From Naegleria gruberi (Eukaryota), in the NCBI GenBank assembly GCA_000004985.1, contig GG738886.1: a DNA stretch of 64,000 nucleotides, one strand, 5' to 3'. This document shows, one piece after another, positions 44,285 to 57,000 of the stretch (position 1 is the stretch's first letter; each line of letters begins with the position of its first letter). The translations under genes were made by a program, and so were the position numbers. The notes beneath the pieces are model-generated. The model ran no database searches, was not told the origin of the DNA, and worked only from the letters and a program-made list of their open reading frames with translations.

Positions 44285-44356
44285 TCCCGTGTAGTCCAAT
44301 GGCTAGGATACCTGGCTTTCACCCAGGAGGTCCGGGTTCAATTCCCGGCATGGGAG
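44285..44356 (+). tRNA. tRNA-Glu (anticodon UUC)
   Basis: TCCCGTGTAGTCCAATGGCTAGGATACCTGGCTTTCACCCAGGAGGTCCGGGTTCAATTCCCGGCATGGGAG. The anticodon loop is CTTTCAC. It differs from the Glu-CUC gene at a handful of positions, with a G-U pair in the acceptor stem. Confidence 0.9.
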
Positions 44357-44608
44357 AATACTTTTTACTTTAAAATGCTAACAATATTATTGTAGACATT
44401 CAATCAATTTCCAACATTTTACAAAGTTGTACAAACTATTAGTGCTCTCGCAATTTTTCTTCGAAACCAAAAACTGTCGCGTTAAACTTTGTCCATTGCA
44501 AAATTGCGCCATTCAAAAATCTCCTTCAAAAAAAACAACAAAATACAAAAACACCCATTTCCTCTCAATAAAATTTTATAGAGTTTGATTTTAGAGTTTG
44601 ATCAAAAA

Positions 44609-46109
44609 ATGTTTCTCTTCCGAAGAAAGAATAGCACTGCCACACTGTCCTCCTCTTCCTCGACATCTTCGTTGAATGGAGGAGTACCAGCCAATAAGAG
44701 ACAATTTACATTTGCTGTGCAAGTGGAGAGCATTGGTGAGTAGAGTTTTGTGTTTTGATGATTTTAATCATGATGAAAATTATCGAAATACAATGATGAT
44801 GATGATTTTTTAATGTTTGAATATTCTCTTCCAATATTGGAAATGGATATTCTCTTGAATGATAGAAAATATACCACTCTATATGCAAATTCCACTCTCT
44901 GTTGAGGTTTATAAATTAAATAATGCATTGAATGCCAGTACAAGTCAAATGACAATCAAGGGAAAATTGTTTAGAAAGAAGAAATTAGTGGGATCAACTC
45001 CATTTAAATTGGTTGATTCATCGACACAAAAATCAAATTACATGTCGACTATGGAGTTTTTGTGTAACCTTCCCTATGATGAGATTTCTGGAAAATTAGT
45101 GAAAGGACCTGTCACATCAACAACTGTTTTTCCACCAATTAATGAGGCAATATCTAATGTTGAGGAAAATAATGATAGTAATAACTCTACATCTGCTGCT
45201 GTAGGAGATGGAAAGTTTTTGCAAATAGTTGTAAATAAGAAATTGCATACAAGTAACAAGATTGAATTCGTCAATGAAATGTTGGTCGATTTGTCACATT
45301 ACTGTTTATTGAATAGTGAATATCAATGCAGAATTTCAGTTCCTTTTGAACTTTCGAGTGGTGTAACTGTAAATATTACCATGATCATATTTTCTACAAT
45401 TGGAAATCAATTATTAGGAAGAAAATCAGGAAGTTTGGATTTGTCAAGACCAATGACTGCAACCAATACTTCACCATCACGAGAGGTGTCTGTAGATGTT
45501 TCCCCAAAGATTTCTCCTCAAATTAATCGTGTATTGAGTGCTGATCTCGATGATAGTCCTTTCATTAATAGTAATACTAGTGGTAATAATAATAATAATG
45601 GATCGTCAGCATTCTCTCCAACTAATTACTCAAATTCTACTTCATCACTCAATGGAAATAATGCTAGTAATGGTGTTCAGGACTTTTTCAAACGAAGAGC
45701 TGAATTGAATTCAGGAAGATCAAGATCGGGCTCCTCTCCAATTGCCATGCAACACACTCCATATAGTCCACAACCTTACGAACCATCAACTTTTAACAAC
45801 CCTACATCAGTCAACACCTTTACTGAAGGACAAAACAGTGGCACCCTTTCAGATCCTAGCCCTTCACTTATCGATACAGGAGTAGTACCAAACCGTGAGG
45901 AAAATATTGACGTACTCAGGCAAGAAAACCAACATTTGAAATCAGTTCTACAAAGAGCTAAAGTGAGGTTCCAAGAAGTTGTCTCTGAAAATTCCCAACT
46001 CAAAGAAAGAATCAAACAATTAGAAGAGCAAATGACCCTTCTCCAAACAGCATCATCACCCAATCCTTTCCCAGGCACTACTTCAAAGGATTTATTGGAT
46101 TTTTTCTAA
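44609..46109 (+). CDS. NT-C2 (N-terminal C2, EHBP1/EEIG1-type) domain protein with a S/N-rich linker and C-terminal coiled-coil, 2 exons: 44609..44735, 44866..46109 (456 aa)
   Basis: The ATG is at 44609. The intron is 44736-44865 (GTGAGT...GATAG, 130 nt), phase 1. The NT-C2-like pattern is QFTFAVQVESI..PLYMQIPLSVEVYK..TMEFLCNLPYDEISGKL..FLQIVVNKK. The coiled-coil is ENIDVLRQENQHLKSVLQRAKVRFQEVVSENSQLKERIKQLEEQ. Confidence 0.55.
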
Positions 46110-46465
46110 GGATTAGTATTATCTGTTTCCATTTCAATTATAATTGGACAATTTAAATGTAAATATTTGGCATTCTCACTATTTATGAAATCAATTTGCT
46201 GATTTTTAATATCCTCTATTTGTCCAATCGCACTTGGAAGCACAATAATTTTGTAAACTTTGTATCCTTGGAAAATTAAATGTATGCGATCATTCAACAA
46301 ATTGTTGTCGAATCCTATCTATTTGTTTGGTATTCGAATTGCTAGTTTCAATGGATACCTTCTCTCTAAATTGTTTCTTTCCTCCACCTTGATTATCTCC
46401 AGAGTGAGGATAAACATGATTGGTGCGATTGGATAGAATAATTGAATCTTTATTCTTTCAAAAAA

Positions 46466-48358
46466 ATGCATTCGAATAGTAATACTTCGGACCCATCGAA
46501 CAATGATCAACACCACCACGATAATGGCACAACTTTTGAAGAAATAAAGAAGTTAAGTTCTTCACCAACTCTAGCTCGAAAGGAAAAGGCACCTTCGCTT
46601 GGCACCTCTCCTTCAAACAATAATTCAATAATCCAATACTTTATTCGAAAGCGTTCAAAAAGTATTGACCTCAAGGAAAGTAAAAGCAACCATCGAGTCA
46701 TGATGCCACTCCACTGTATCCTCAAACACAATTATCATGAAAAGATTTTACGAGAATCAACTAATCCTTCTCTCCTCAATCGTTCACTTTCTCTGGCGAA
46801 TCTAACCTCAAGTCCAAATTCACCTCTCGTTCAAAGTCCATCCTCTGAAAATCATCAACCTCCTCTCCTGATTCATTCTCCACGTGGTGGTAGAAGAGAT
46901 TCAGTTTCCTCATCAGATAGTTCATCAACTGAAGATTCTTCATCCTCTTCATTTGTTACTTCATCATCTGACAGTCAATCCACACTGAAATCACCACTTT
47001 CAATGAAAGAAACAGATTTTGGAAATGTAAACTTTATCAGAGAAACATTTACTGATTATCTATCTCAAACCAAAGTACTCGGCATTAAACAAGCAAATGT
47101 TAAATTACTATTTTTGGATCATTTTTATGAAATTTCGAGACCATTCTCAAAGAAGGGATTTGAAAATGGAAAGGAGGTGATTCGATTGATGGAACAGTTT
47201 TGTAAATGTTTTGTGAATTTTAGTATTGATAGTTATATAATAGATATGGAGTTGATTGAGGAGAAAATTCATTCGGGAGTTGAATTTCCTTATTTAAGTC
47301 ACTTGTATTCGAATTCAAATTTTGGACCTGTGAGACATGAAGCTTTGGAAGCTGTCATGATTGAGGTTTGCAACAAGTTGTTAAAGAAACAAAATCAAAA
47401 TACAGAAATAGTCACAGGACATGTCGAAACTGAACTAATAACCAAAGAAGAAACTTTGCTTTTGAAAGATGTAACAGAAAAAATACAACTCGTATGTGAA
47501 ATGTTCTATACTGAGCTTCAGGATGTCTTTTCCTATTTTCAAGCTCACAAAAAGTATAGATCCATGATTAGTGTGTGGCTCAAGAAGGGCATTGATAATC
47601 AAACTATTCCACTTCATGTACTCGATCTTTACAAGAAGAAACTCGAAGGGGATGAAAAGGCTCTCAATACTTTCAAATTTTCTGATGAAGATTTCAAGGC
47701 AAAGAATATCATTGATAAGGATTGGAATTTTGCCAAGTATTTCTCTCAGGATATTTCCACTGATTGGTACGTTTCGTGTAGAGATGAGAAATATGTACAG
47801 TGGAGTACGAAAACTGAATATTCGTATAATGATAAGGATCTGAGAGCTTCAAAATTGATTGGAAATTTGAATTATCCTCTCGAAAAGATTGTAAAATCAT
47901 TCAATACTGAAAAACATTTAGCTCAATCATTTACTAACGTGAAATTTCATGAGTATAATCCAATTAATGAATCTAGCTCTTTGCAAAAGTATCCATCAGG
48001 AATTTTAACGTCTAAATTGAAATTTGGACCACTTTTGAAGAAGAGAAGTGTTAAGGTAATTTTCTCGACCAAAACGAAATTTATTGGAAATGAAATGTCA
48101 GAATTTATTCTATTCTTCAAAAGTTGTGATTATCAGGAATCAGGAAAGGACATTCCAGTCACAGTAATTGGATGCAGAGTTTTTACAAAACTTGACAAGA
48201 ATCGAACAAGATTCTTGCAAGTTCGAATGGGTAATCTGGGTGGATTATTGAATACATCTCTAATTATTCACAACAAGTTGTCATTTAAATTTGTTTCATC
48301 ACAACAATTTTTTTTTTCATTGAAGGAATATTTTAGGAAACACCTACCGCCACCTTAA
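46466..48358 (+). CDS. Ser-rich N-terminus + globular C-terminal protein (about 630 aa), function unknown
   Basis: The first ATG is at 46466. Uninterrupted ORF. The C-terminal ~200 aa might have a lipid-binding START/Bet v1-like fold (weak). Confidence 0.6.
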   Translation: MHSNSNTSDPSNNDQHHHDNGTTFEEIKKLSSSPTLARKEKAPSLGTSPSNNNSIIQYFIRKRSKSIDLKESKSNHRVMMPLHCILKHNYHEKILRESTNPSLLNRSLSLANLTSSPNSPLVQSPSSENHQPPLLIHSPRGGRRDSVSSSDSSSTEDSSSSSFVTSSSDSQSTLKSPLSMKETDFGNVNFIRETFTDYLSQTKVLGIKQANVKLLFLDHFYEISRPFSKKGFENGKEVIRLMEQFCKCFVNFSIDSYIIDMELIEEKIHSGVEFPYLSHLYSNSNFGPVRHEALEAVMIEVCNKLLKKQNQNTEIVTGHVETELITKEETLLLKDVTEKIQLVCEMFYTELQDVFSYFQAHKKYRSMISVWLKKGIDNQTIPLHVLDLYKKKLEGDEKALNTFKFSDEDFKAKNIIDKDWNFAKYFSQDISTDWYVSCRDEKYVQWSTKTEYSYNDKDLRASKLIGNLNYPLEKIVKSFNTEKHLAQSFTNVKFHEYNPINESSSLQKYPSGILTSKLKFGPLLKKRSVKVIFSTKTKFIGNEMSEFILFFKSCDYQESGKDIPVTVIGCRVFTKLDKNRTRFLQVRMGNLGGLLNTSLIIHNKLSFKFVSSQQFFFSLKEYFRKHLPPP

Positions 48359-48587
48359 GAAAATGGCAGCAGAGGAATTTTCTAAATTGATGGATATGAT
48401 TAAGAGTGCTGAAAAGGAAGGATTTCCAATGCCTCCAATTGAGAATAATCATTTAATGAGAATTTGGATTGATTATTGTAAACATTATTGTCAAGTAGAT
48501 GTTTTGGAAAAGTACAATAATAATGAATGAGTTTCATCACGAAGTTTTTGGATTTCTTAAATATTTGAGCATCTGCTTTATCATTTA

Positions 48588-51514
48588 TTACTTTTTGATT
48601 AAATGCTTCTTGTAAATGTTCACTCTCTGCTCTGGTGTTAACTCGTCGAATATTTGTGGATCCCTCTGGAGGATATCGTCATAATTCCTGGCCAAGAGGA
48701 AGAAACAATAATCCTGCAAGACAGCATCTCCAAATTCATTTGCAATTTCCAAAATATGCAATGCTGTATATTCATCAAATTCAAATTGTTTGATAGTTGC
48801 TCTGGCCTTATCTTGTAGCAATGACAATTCCAACAAGTGACTCAGAACATAAATTTCCACAGCATTTCCAGAATTTAAATCCAAAGGATAACTCGGACAA
48901 TAAATGAAACTCATCACTACCACCAAGCTCTGTATACTGATAGAGTCCATGATAAGAATTCTCTTTTGAGCTTCGAAAAATTGAGAGTTAAATGTGGCAG
49001 CAAAGTATTTCGATGAAATACAAAGGATCATTTTGTGTACATTGATGGATCTGTAAATTGGTGGGTTGTAAGTGTGATCTGGAGCTAAAATTCTAACGAG
49101 ACCTTGTTTTACATCTGGAACAGAGTTTGGATCGTTAGATAGCATTGATCTAAATTCTTCAATATCTTCAACATCTTCATTTGGACTAATCTTGAGGAAT
49201 GATGGTAATTCCTTTTCCAAAGTCTTGAAGTTATGAGAGAGGAATGAACTCAATGAAGGCTCTCTCAGTAATGATTGGACGAGTAGAGTAATTTTGAAAT
49301 GAACAGCCATTTGAAAAATATCCTTAAAATGTTCAGATTTCAAATCGGTAGCATCAAACATTCCAGAATAAATATATTGCAAGACTCTTATGAAAGCTCT
49401 CTTGAGATGTTTCACTTCTGGCACATAATTAATTCTGATATAAGTTAAATCTCCATGATTCAACTCATAGGAATCCAAATTTGAAGAATTAACATCTAAA
49501 CCTAGCTTTCTCAGTTCTGCAACCATGATCATCTTTTTTAATTCTGGAAAACGTTGAAGGATGAGTTTGTGTGCACAACATGGAAGTTTTTCTCTTTCTG
49601 TTAGGACCTCTGATTCTTCCTCTTCTGGAGTGAAAATGAAAACCAAGTCTGCATCATCTGGCTGGGTAGTTTCCAACCATTTAAAGTATGTCTCTGATTG
49701 TGCAACAACTGCTGATTTTTGACTCTTCAGAATCTTATCACTTCTAAAACATCTTACCGAGTGTTCAGATGTAATCGATTTCTTTTGGAAGAGTATTCTA
49801 TTCAAGAATGCTCCATATGAATTGAATGTTAAGGAACGAGTTGAACAACCACCCAATAGAACATAGGAGTCAGTAAGTGTCTGAATAGTACCTGCGGTAG
49901 CAGCACTATCAAAATCATTATCAGGGACAGAAGGGACAATAAGCCACCTATTTTCCTTAATGTTATATTCAAAAAAGTTAGTATTCCAATTGGAGCCATC
50001 AAATCCTCCGTACAGTACCAGTGTATTAGAATCTCTCATAAGTAGTGTGGCCATTGTAAGCTGGGGCACAAAATTAGTCTGAGTTGTTTTGTTTGTCCAT
50101 AATTTGGTTTCAATATCGTAGTAGTGCATGTCATTGAATATTTGTCCATCATTATGACCTCCAAATATGAAAATTCTTCAATAGTTACAAAATGAATATT
50201 TGTTTGATTAATTTACCAACTTACCTTCCTTGAGATTGAGTAATAGCAGCACCAGCCCTTGGTGAAATATCAGAAGCAATAGATTCCACTTTTTCAAAAC
50301 TTGTAAATCCACCATGCCATTCATAACAGTTAAAATCATTTGTATATCCAGATTTTCCATAACCTCCAAGTGTGTACAATCTATTGTCATAAACACAGGA
50401 GGAATGTCCACAAATTGGACTAGCAAGTTTACCTGCTGTTTGCCATTCAATTCCTGCACCTGTGATTCGTCCAGTATAAATTTCAGCTGAATAAGTCTTT
50501 GGATCTGTTAAACCTCCAATAATCACAAATCCACCCTTCATTCCATTGAAAGAATGGAATAACCTTGGACTACAGGTTGAACTTTGCTTGACTTTCTTTA
50601 CATTAATGTTCTTTCCTTCCTCCAAAGCAACTTCGAACATGTCATTAGAAAGAGCCCCATTATCTAATATCCATTCCATCAATCAATTCTAGAATCAAGT
50701 CAATTAAATACTTACAAATACCTCCCCAAGTATAAACCTTTGAATCCATGTTACAACTTGTCATCATCATTCTTTGCATTCCCTTCTTCTTCTCAACACA
50801 TTCCTTTGTAAATGAAAGTGATGAATAAAAACTATCCACAAATGCATAATAACCCTTCTTGGTATCTTTCTTATAGTGCAAAATAGTACGTTCCAACTTT
50901 TCAAGATCATCAGTTGGATTTGATTGCTTAACCTTTGGTTTCTGAATGTCATTTCCCTTATTCACCAATTCTGAATCAAAATCCTTGATTGCTGAACTCT
51001 TTTCCACCAGAAAATCCTCAACATCTTGAATGAGAATAAACATGACAACTTGTCCAATCGAATCCCTTGCCTTATTATTCAAAATCTCAAGTAAATCTTC
51101 AATTTCCTTCTCTTGAATTTCTTGTGCCACTCTTCTCATCTCTTTAAACTCTTCATGTTCTTCATACATTTCAGGAGGACAATAAATAAAAACCTTTTCC
51201 ATGGCTGATTGGATTTTAATTTGGGGCACATCACTAGTTGGATATCCCGAAGGAAATTCAACACTCAAAATTAAACCAGTTTGAAACAAGTGATACAAGT
51301 GATCAGTCTTCTTCGAGGTGATTATTTGTCTCTCTATTAATGATGGAATTTTCAATCGGAATGACAATAAATTATCTTCAATGTTATTGCCATGATCAAG
51401 ATTATTATTATCATCATTAGAACAAGACGGCGAGAGTTGCTGAATATCATCAGCATAAATCGACTGTAAAACTTGAAACTCTTCGAACTGGGCTGCTTGA
51501 TTGTTTTCTTCCAT
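48588..51514 (-). CDS. RWD domain + Kelch repeats + two BTB domains (LZTR1-like core with an N-terminal RWD), 3 exons: 51514..50716, 50663..50225, 50175..48588 (941 aa)
   Basis: The ATG is at 51514 (MEENNQAAQFEEFQVLQSIYADD, RWD). The introns are 50715-50664 (GTAAGTAT...TATTAG, 52 nt, phase 1) and 50224-50176 (GTAAGT...TTGAAG, 49 nt, phase 2). The splices restore Kelch motifs (KVYTWGGIY|NGALSNDMF and ..ITQSQGR|IFIFGGHNDGQIFNDMHYYDIETKLW). The BTBs are CCAHKLILQRFPELKKMI and SINVHKMILCISSKYFAATF. Confidence 0.75.
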
Positions 51515-51698
51515 ATTTTTAAATTGATTTGTTTTTTTCTTAGAAATGAACTTGAGAATTGTGAAAACGTGAGTTGTAAAACGAAATTGAAGAAGAAAAT
51601 GGTTCAAATTCAAAGATGAAAGTGAATGTGCATTTTCATGAATGCATTTGAAGTGTTTGGAATGATGAAAAAAGAAAGGTCTCTTGAAATTATTATTA

Positions 51699-53900
51699 TT
51701 ATTGAGCAGCATTCTTCATGGAAAGTAAAACATTGACAATGGTTATTCCTCCATTATCTTCAAAAGTGTAGCCAACTGAGTTTTGAATCATTCTGGATTT
51801 GGAGAGGAGAGGAAGTAAGGTCCAAACACATGGAAAGTTCTCCTGAGCAAAGCTTTCAATTTCTTTGGCAAGATGAGTGGCAATATGATTTCTCAATGAT
51901 TCAGTGGAATAATCTTTGGAATCTGAATTGCTACTGACCACTTTCTGAATGGCTTCTCTCAGAATGAGAGTCCAATCTTGGAAAACCTTTCCAATAGGTG
52001 GGAATTTATAGTAGGGAATGTCAATACCTTGATGGTGCTGTTCTGTTTTGGATTTAATTTCCTCCTCGAATCGAGTATCTATTGTCTTGATGAGCTCTTC
52101 TTGTTTTGTGGAGGTGAATTTCTTAGAGTTGAAGTGGGTGAGAAGTTGTAAGTGAGACGAATCTTTCTTATTAGTACTCATCAAATATTTCATTCTTCCA
52201 TTCAATACAGTGAGCATTTTAGTGCAGATGGATTTCATTCTCGATAAGGCCAATTCCTTCACAAAATCTGGATAGGTCGATACGATGGTTTTGGCAGCGT
52301 GCATTTCCTCAAAGCTTGATTCAATATCTGTTCCAAGCATTTTCATAATCTCGTAAATCTTGGCATGTTTTCCATTGCAAGACACAAATAAAATATCTTT
52401 GGCATGTGTTTCAATATTCTTAATCCAAAAATCGATCATTTTCTGCAAAATTTCCTCTCTAGAATCAGAGCTGTGATCGTAAAAGTTTCTCTCAATTTCT
52501 AAAAAGTGCTCTCTAGTGGGTCTCTTTTTGAAATTCTCAAATACAATATGTAGATATCTTTTCTTTTCCTTCTTTTCAAAGGTACTTCTGCAAGTACCCA
52601 TCCTAGATCCAAGATTTCCCTCCTTCTCAATGAGGATCATCTTATCGACCAATTCGTGTCTCTGGAGTGAGGTAATTCTTTCATCATTTCTCAATTCTGA
52701 GAATAGATTGAATACCTTATTCCAAAACTTTGGCCAAAACTCGATAAAAGAATCACTCACTCTATCTGAATAGTCCTTGTGAATTTTGTGACAGACTGAG
52801 ATAGTCTTTTTCAGATAGAGAATGATAATTTCCCATGTTTTCCTAGTCTTTGGTTCTATTACTTGGAGGGAACGAATCATTTCATGACAGGCATTAAAGA
52901 GGGTATCAAGAGCCTCTCCTTCAGATATGAACTCTACAACATTGTCATGCAAAGTTTCACCCGTTATGCAAGCCAAAAGTCTACTGCTTGCGTCATGAAT
53001 CGAATCCATCAATGGAAAATGTGTCAATTTCTTCTCTGCTTTCAACTGTTCAGAAAACTTTCCACTCTCAACCTCCTTAATAAAACTCAAAATCTCTTCC
53101 ACAATTTGATGTTCTGAAATTTTGTGGAAAATATGCAAAACTTTCAAATCCTTAGAAATTAGATAAGTAACAGATTGTGGTTTTTTCAACTTGGCGTCCA
53201 AACATCTAAATTCCCTACAAATCTTCAAATCCTTATCCAATATAATATCCTGTTCATACTCATTACTCTTGTCCAATGTTTTTGAATTGGAAATTCCAAT
53301 CACTGCAATCTCCTTCTCCTTAAATTTACTTAAATCCTCCGAAAAGACTTGTGAAAGATCAGTCCTTTTCAACTTTTCCTTATTATCCCTGAAAAAGTAC
53401 AACAAAATGTACTTGTGTTTCTTAGAGAGTTTTAACAAGTTAATTTTCCTAGCGTGATTGGATGAAACAGTCTTGAAATCTGGAACCGAATCGCCTTCAT
53501 CCAGCAATAAACATTCAATCGGAACGAATGATGTCTGCTGTTCAGCCATCAATATATCCTGCTTATCCAAAGTAAATCCATGATTTAAAACAATATCATA
53601 GTCTTCCTCATCCTCTTGAAAGGTATCCTCTTGAAGTTTTTCAACGAGTGGAGAAGGCTCCACCGGCTCCAAAGTCTTTTTTCTCTTAATTCTTTCCACA
53701 ATTAATTCTTGAGTTTCAAGCGAATGATTGGCTTCGGAATTGTTTTCTTTTTGCTCGTTTGTTGTTGATGATATTTCATCATGGTGAAGAGTGTTCTCGG
53801 AAGCTGATGATGATGCATGTTCATTATCTTCCTTGTACTTCCTCTTGCGAGAGGGAGTTTTTTGCTGGGAAGAATCACTCGCTTTGTTTGTTGTTTTCAT
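51699..53900 (-). CDS. Protein with an AhpC/TSA (peroxiredoxin)-like thioredoxin-fold domain lacking the peroxidatic Cys, plus a long helical C-terminal region (733 aa)
   Basis: The ATG is at 53900. The redoxin-like pattern is VPDFKTV..KKHKYILLYFFRDNKEK..EIAVIGISNS..QSVTYLISKDLKVLHIF. It has no CP motif (FRDN replaces FTFVCPTE). Confidence 0.55.
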   Translation of the reverse strand: MKTTNKASDSSQQKTPSRKRKYKEDNEHASSSASENTLHHDEISSTTNEQKENNSEANHSLETQELIVERIKRKKTLEPVEPSPLVEKLQEDTFQEDEEDYDIVLNHGFTLDKQDILMAEQQTSFVPIECLLLDEGDSVPDFKTVSSNHARKINLLKLSKKHKYILLYFFRDNKEKLKRTDLSQVFSEDLSKFKEKEIAVIGISNSKTLDKSNEYEQDIILDKDLKICREFRCLDAKLKKPQSVTYLISKDLKVLHIFHKISEHQIVEEILSFIKEVESGKFSEQLKAEKKLTHFPLMDSIHDASSRLLACITGETLHDNVVEFISEGEALDTLFNACHEMIRSLQVIEPKTRKTWEIIILYLKKTISVCHKIHKDYSDRVSDSFIEFWPKFWNKVFNLFSELRNDERITSLQRHELVDKMILIEKEGNLGSRMGTCRSTFEKKEKKRYLHIVFENFKKRPTREHFLEIERNFYDHSSDSREEILQKMIDFWIKNIETHAKDILFVSCNGKHAKIYEIMKMLGTDIESSFEEMHAAKTIVSTYPDFVKELALSRMKSICTKMLTVLNGRMKYLMSTNKKDSSHLQLLTHFNSKKFTSTKQEELIKTIDTRFEEEIKSKTEQHHQGIDIPYYKFPPIGKVFQDWTLILREAIQKVVSSNSDSKDYSTESLRNHIATHLAKEIESFAQENFPCVWTLLPLLSKSRMIQNSVGYTFEDNGGITIVNVLLSMKNAAQ

Positions 53901-54005
53901 TTTTTTTCTTGGATTTCTCTTTATTTGGAAGTTTTAAAAAGGTCATGAATAGTATTTAAATGGAATGAGTTTTACAAAATTGTGTTATTTTTATTTACAG
54001 TATTT

Positions 54006-57000
54006 TTAAACTCTCAGAGCTTGTGGGAAGGTAACACCTGGCAAGTTGAATACCAACTTGTTGAGAGAGTTGGCAAATTCTGTACCATCCTCAGAGAAGA
54101 ACCACACTGTGGAAGTGTCGCTTTCTGATACTTCTTGTTCTGGATTCATGGATTGCATACAGAAAGATCTATCGAATGACTTGAGTAACTTGATGTCACT
54201 GACTGATTCTTCATTTTCAAAGTACTTCATACCATCTAACCAGTGACAGAAATCATTCAATTCTTTTCTTGAGTTAAAAGTAATATAATCATTTTCCCAA
54301 TAGGAGCTTTCAGGATATTGTTCCTTGAGTGACTTGATAGCATCAGAGAAGTAGAACTTTCTTTCACTTCTTCCCTTTCTCAGATCTTCGAGATATCTTT
54401 CAAATGGTGAAAGAGGAGAAGTTTGTGGTTTATCACTCCACAAATTCAATCTTCCCAATACATCTGTAACAAAGTGTTGACAGTTGCACTTGAATGGATC
54501 GTAGGTCTTGGTGGCATTCCATTCAACACAAGCACTAGCAACGGTATCGAGAGCATTCTTAATATTATCAACCTTGCTAAAGCTTCCAACATCAATTACA
54601 GCCAAAGCATATTCATTTCTATAAACTCTGTAGTCTCCTCTCACTCTCACAATGGAGTGATCGTAGAAATCAAATCTCCAAGGTCCAATCAATAAACCAG
54701 TATGGAATGCTCCAAACAAATTGTCCTTATATGTTGGACGGAAGAGATCGAATAATGAATTTCTGAAATCATTGGTGCAATCTGAAACAATAATCTTGAC
54801 AGTCATGAGTGGTGGCTTTCTTTCATCTTTGTGCTTCTTGGAGAGATGTTCCATTGTCTTGCCATAGTGTTTGGCAACGAATCTATCTTTACAAATGGCA
54901 TTTTGAGCTTCAATGGTCTTATTCTCATCCAAATATAAATCCTTCCATGCTTGAGACTTTTCTTGTGATTTTCCTTGACCATGCTTGCTGGAAATCTTTT
55001 CGTCTAACTTCTTCAACTTATCCAAGTACAATTTCATACCTTGTCTTTCTTCTAGGGAAAGCAATCTTTCATCATAGGAAGTGACATTCATGTCGAGTGG
55101 TTGAGCAGATTCCTTCTCTTCAGTCAAGTCTTCATCAAAGTAAATTTGGTTTTGAGATGGAGAAGTGAAAATATTTCTAAATATACCAGAGAACCAGCTT
55201 GACTTTCTAACTGGAGAAGTTCCTGTAGAATTTGGTGGAGAAGAACCTGTAGAATCCTTCTTTGTTTGTTTGATAGGAATACTTGGACTACTTGTAGTAT
55301 AGATACCATGTCTTGGAATAGTCTTTGACTTTTCAAGATAGCTCAATTCTAAAATATTGTTTGGATTGTGAGCCAATCTACACCATTCAAGAACCGAGAC
55401 ACCCAAGTTATCCTTGTTTTCAAAGGACATACCAAATCTATTCATGAGAATTCTGCAGTGTTTCTTCATTCCTCTGAAAGCATAGTGAGTCAGGAGAGTA
55501 AAACCATAAATATCTCTACTTTCATGTCCCAGTGAGTTGACAGCATTAATAAATTCTTCTTCGTCCATTTCGGATTCATCAGTAACCACTCTGTAGTGGA
55601 GTTCTGTGAATTGTACATAAAGATTGGCGTATTGCTTTGGATGAATTCCTTCCATATCATCAAAAGTAACATTATGAATTTGGTTGGAAATCTTGTCAGC
55701 AATTAACCTTCTCACCTCATCATTGAATTGTGAACCATAAGATTGATAAAATTCGAGTAACTTGGAGGTTGCTTGATTGGAAAGTTCTTCCTTATCGATT
55801 GGTTCATAGGTGAATTTTCCTTGCTGTTTGGTTTGTGGGTTAACCAAAATAGCTTTCATATTGTAAAGAATTCTGAAGAAAATAGTCTGTGGTGTTGTTG
55901 TTTCCCTAGTTGGTCTTGGCATTCTAACAACAAGATCAACATGATCAACCTGTTGAACGACACGAACAATTTTGAAGAATCCTCTTTCAATAAAATCATA
56001 AGACATTTCAGCTTCAACAAGGAACATTTCTGACTCAATGGAAGGATCAGCTACAAACTTGCGTTTCATGCTGTTTCCTTCGAATGAGAGATCTAACTTG
56101 CAAACCACATCAACTCCACCCTTACCAACAGTAGGATTGTTAGCAATGAATTGAAGTTGATTGGCATCAGCAGTTTCCCAATCACATGTACGCTTTTGTT
56201 TAGCGCTACCTCTTGTTACTTCAGGAACAGGTTCTGGGTTGACTGGAGATCTTTGGAGTGGTCTCATTGGGCTCATATTATTAATATCCTTCTCAATGAA
56301 CAAGCTACTAATCCAAATATCATCAGTTGACATGGCAGCATTGTGATTTTCCTTTCTCAAGTTGAACAATGAATAGAATGAGTAGGCACATTCATTGTGA
56401 ACAAATCTATACTTGATAAGTAAGAGTTTCTTCTTTCTAATACCCTTGACTGGCTCAGCATATCTTGGGAATCTCATCAATAAAATTTGATCATCCTGCT
56501 TAGCTTGAACTGTACCACCTTGTTCAGTTGAAAGACGTTCAAAGCCCATGATTTGCTTTTGAGGAGGGAAGGTTCCAACAGTACTGAGAGTGTAGGAATC
56601 TTCTGGGAATCCTAAATTTTTCAATTCATCAATAAAATCAATACCCTTCGAGGTGTCTGTAATTAAAAATCCCCATACATCATCTTGTGGTTGGGATCCA
56701 ACTCTCTCTACCTTAATCAAATTGTCCTTTCCACCCTCTGTGAGAGAAATTCTAATATACTTATTTCTAAAGTCCAAGAGCAAGTCTTGAGATTCAGTAT
56801 TTGGAGGAGAGGTTGTGATTGTTGCAGGCTTACCACTCTTGGATTTCTTCTTGTCTGCTCCAGCCTTACCTGAAGAGCTATCATTGGCAATAATAACAGT
56901 AAAGAGTTCCTTCTCAGAATCTCCCTCACGTTTGTACCATGATACAACCTTTGGCCAGTAAACTTGACCTTCAGTCTTGACTCTACATGGATAGCTTACA

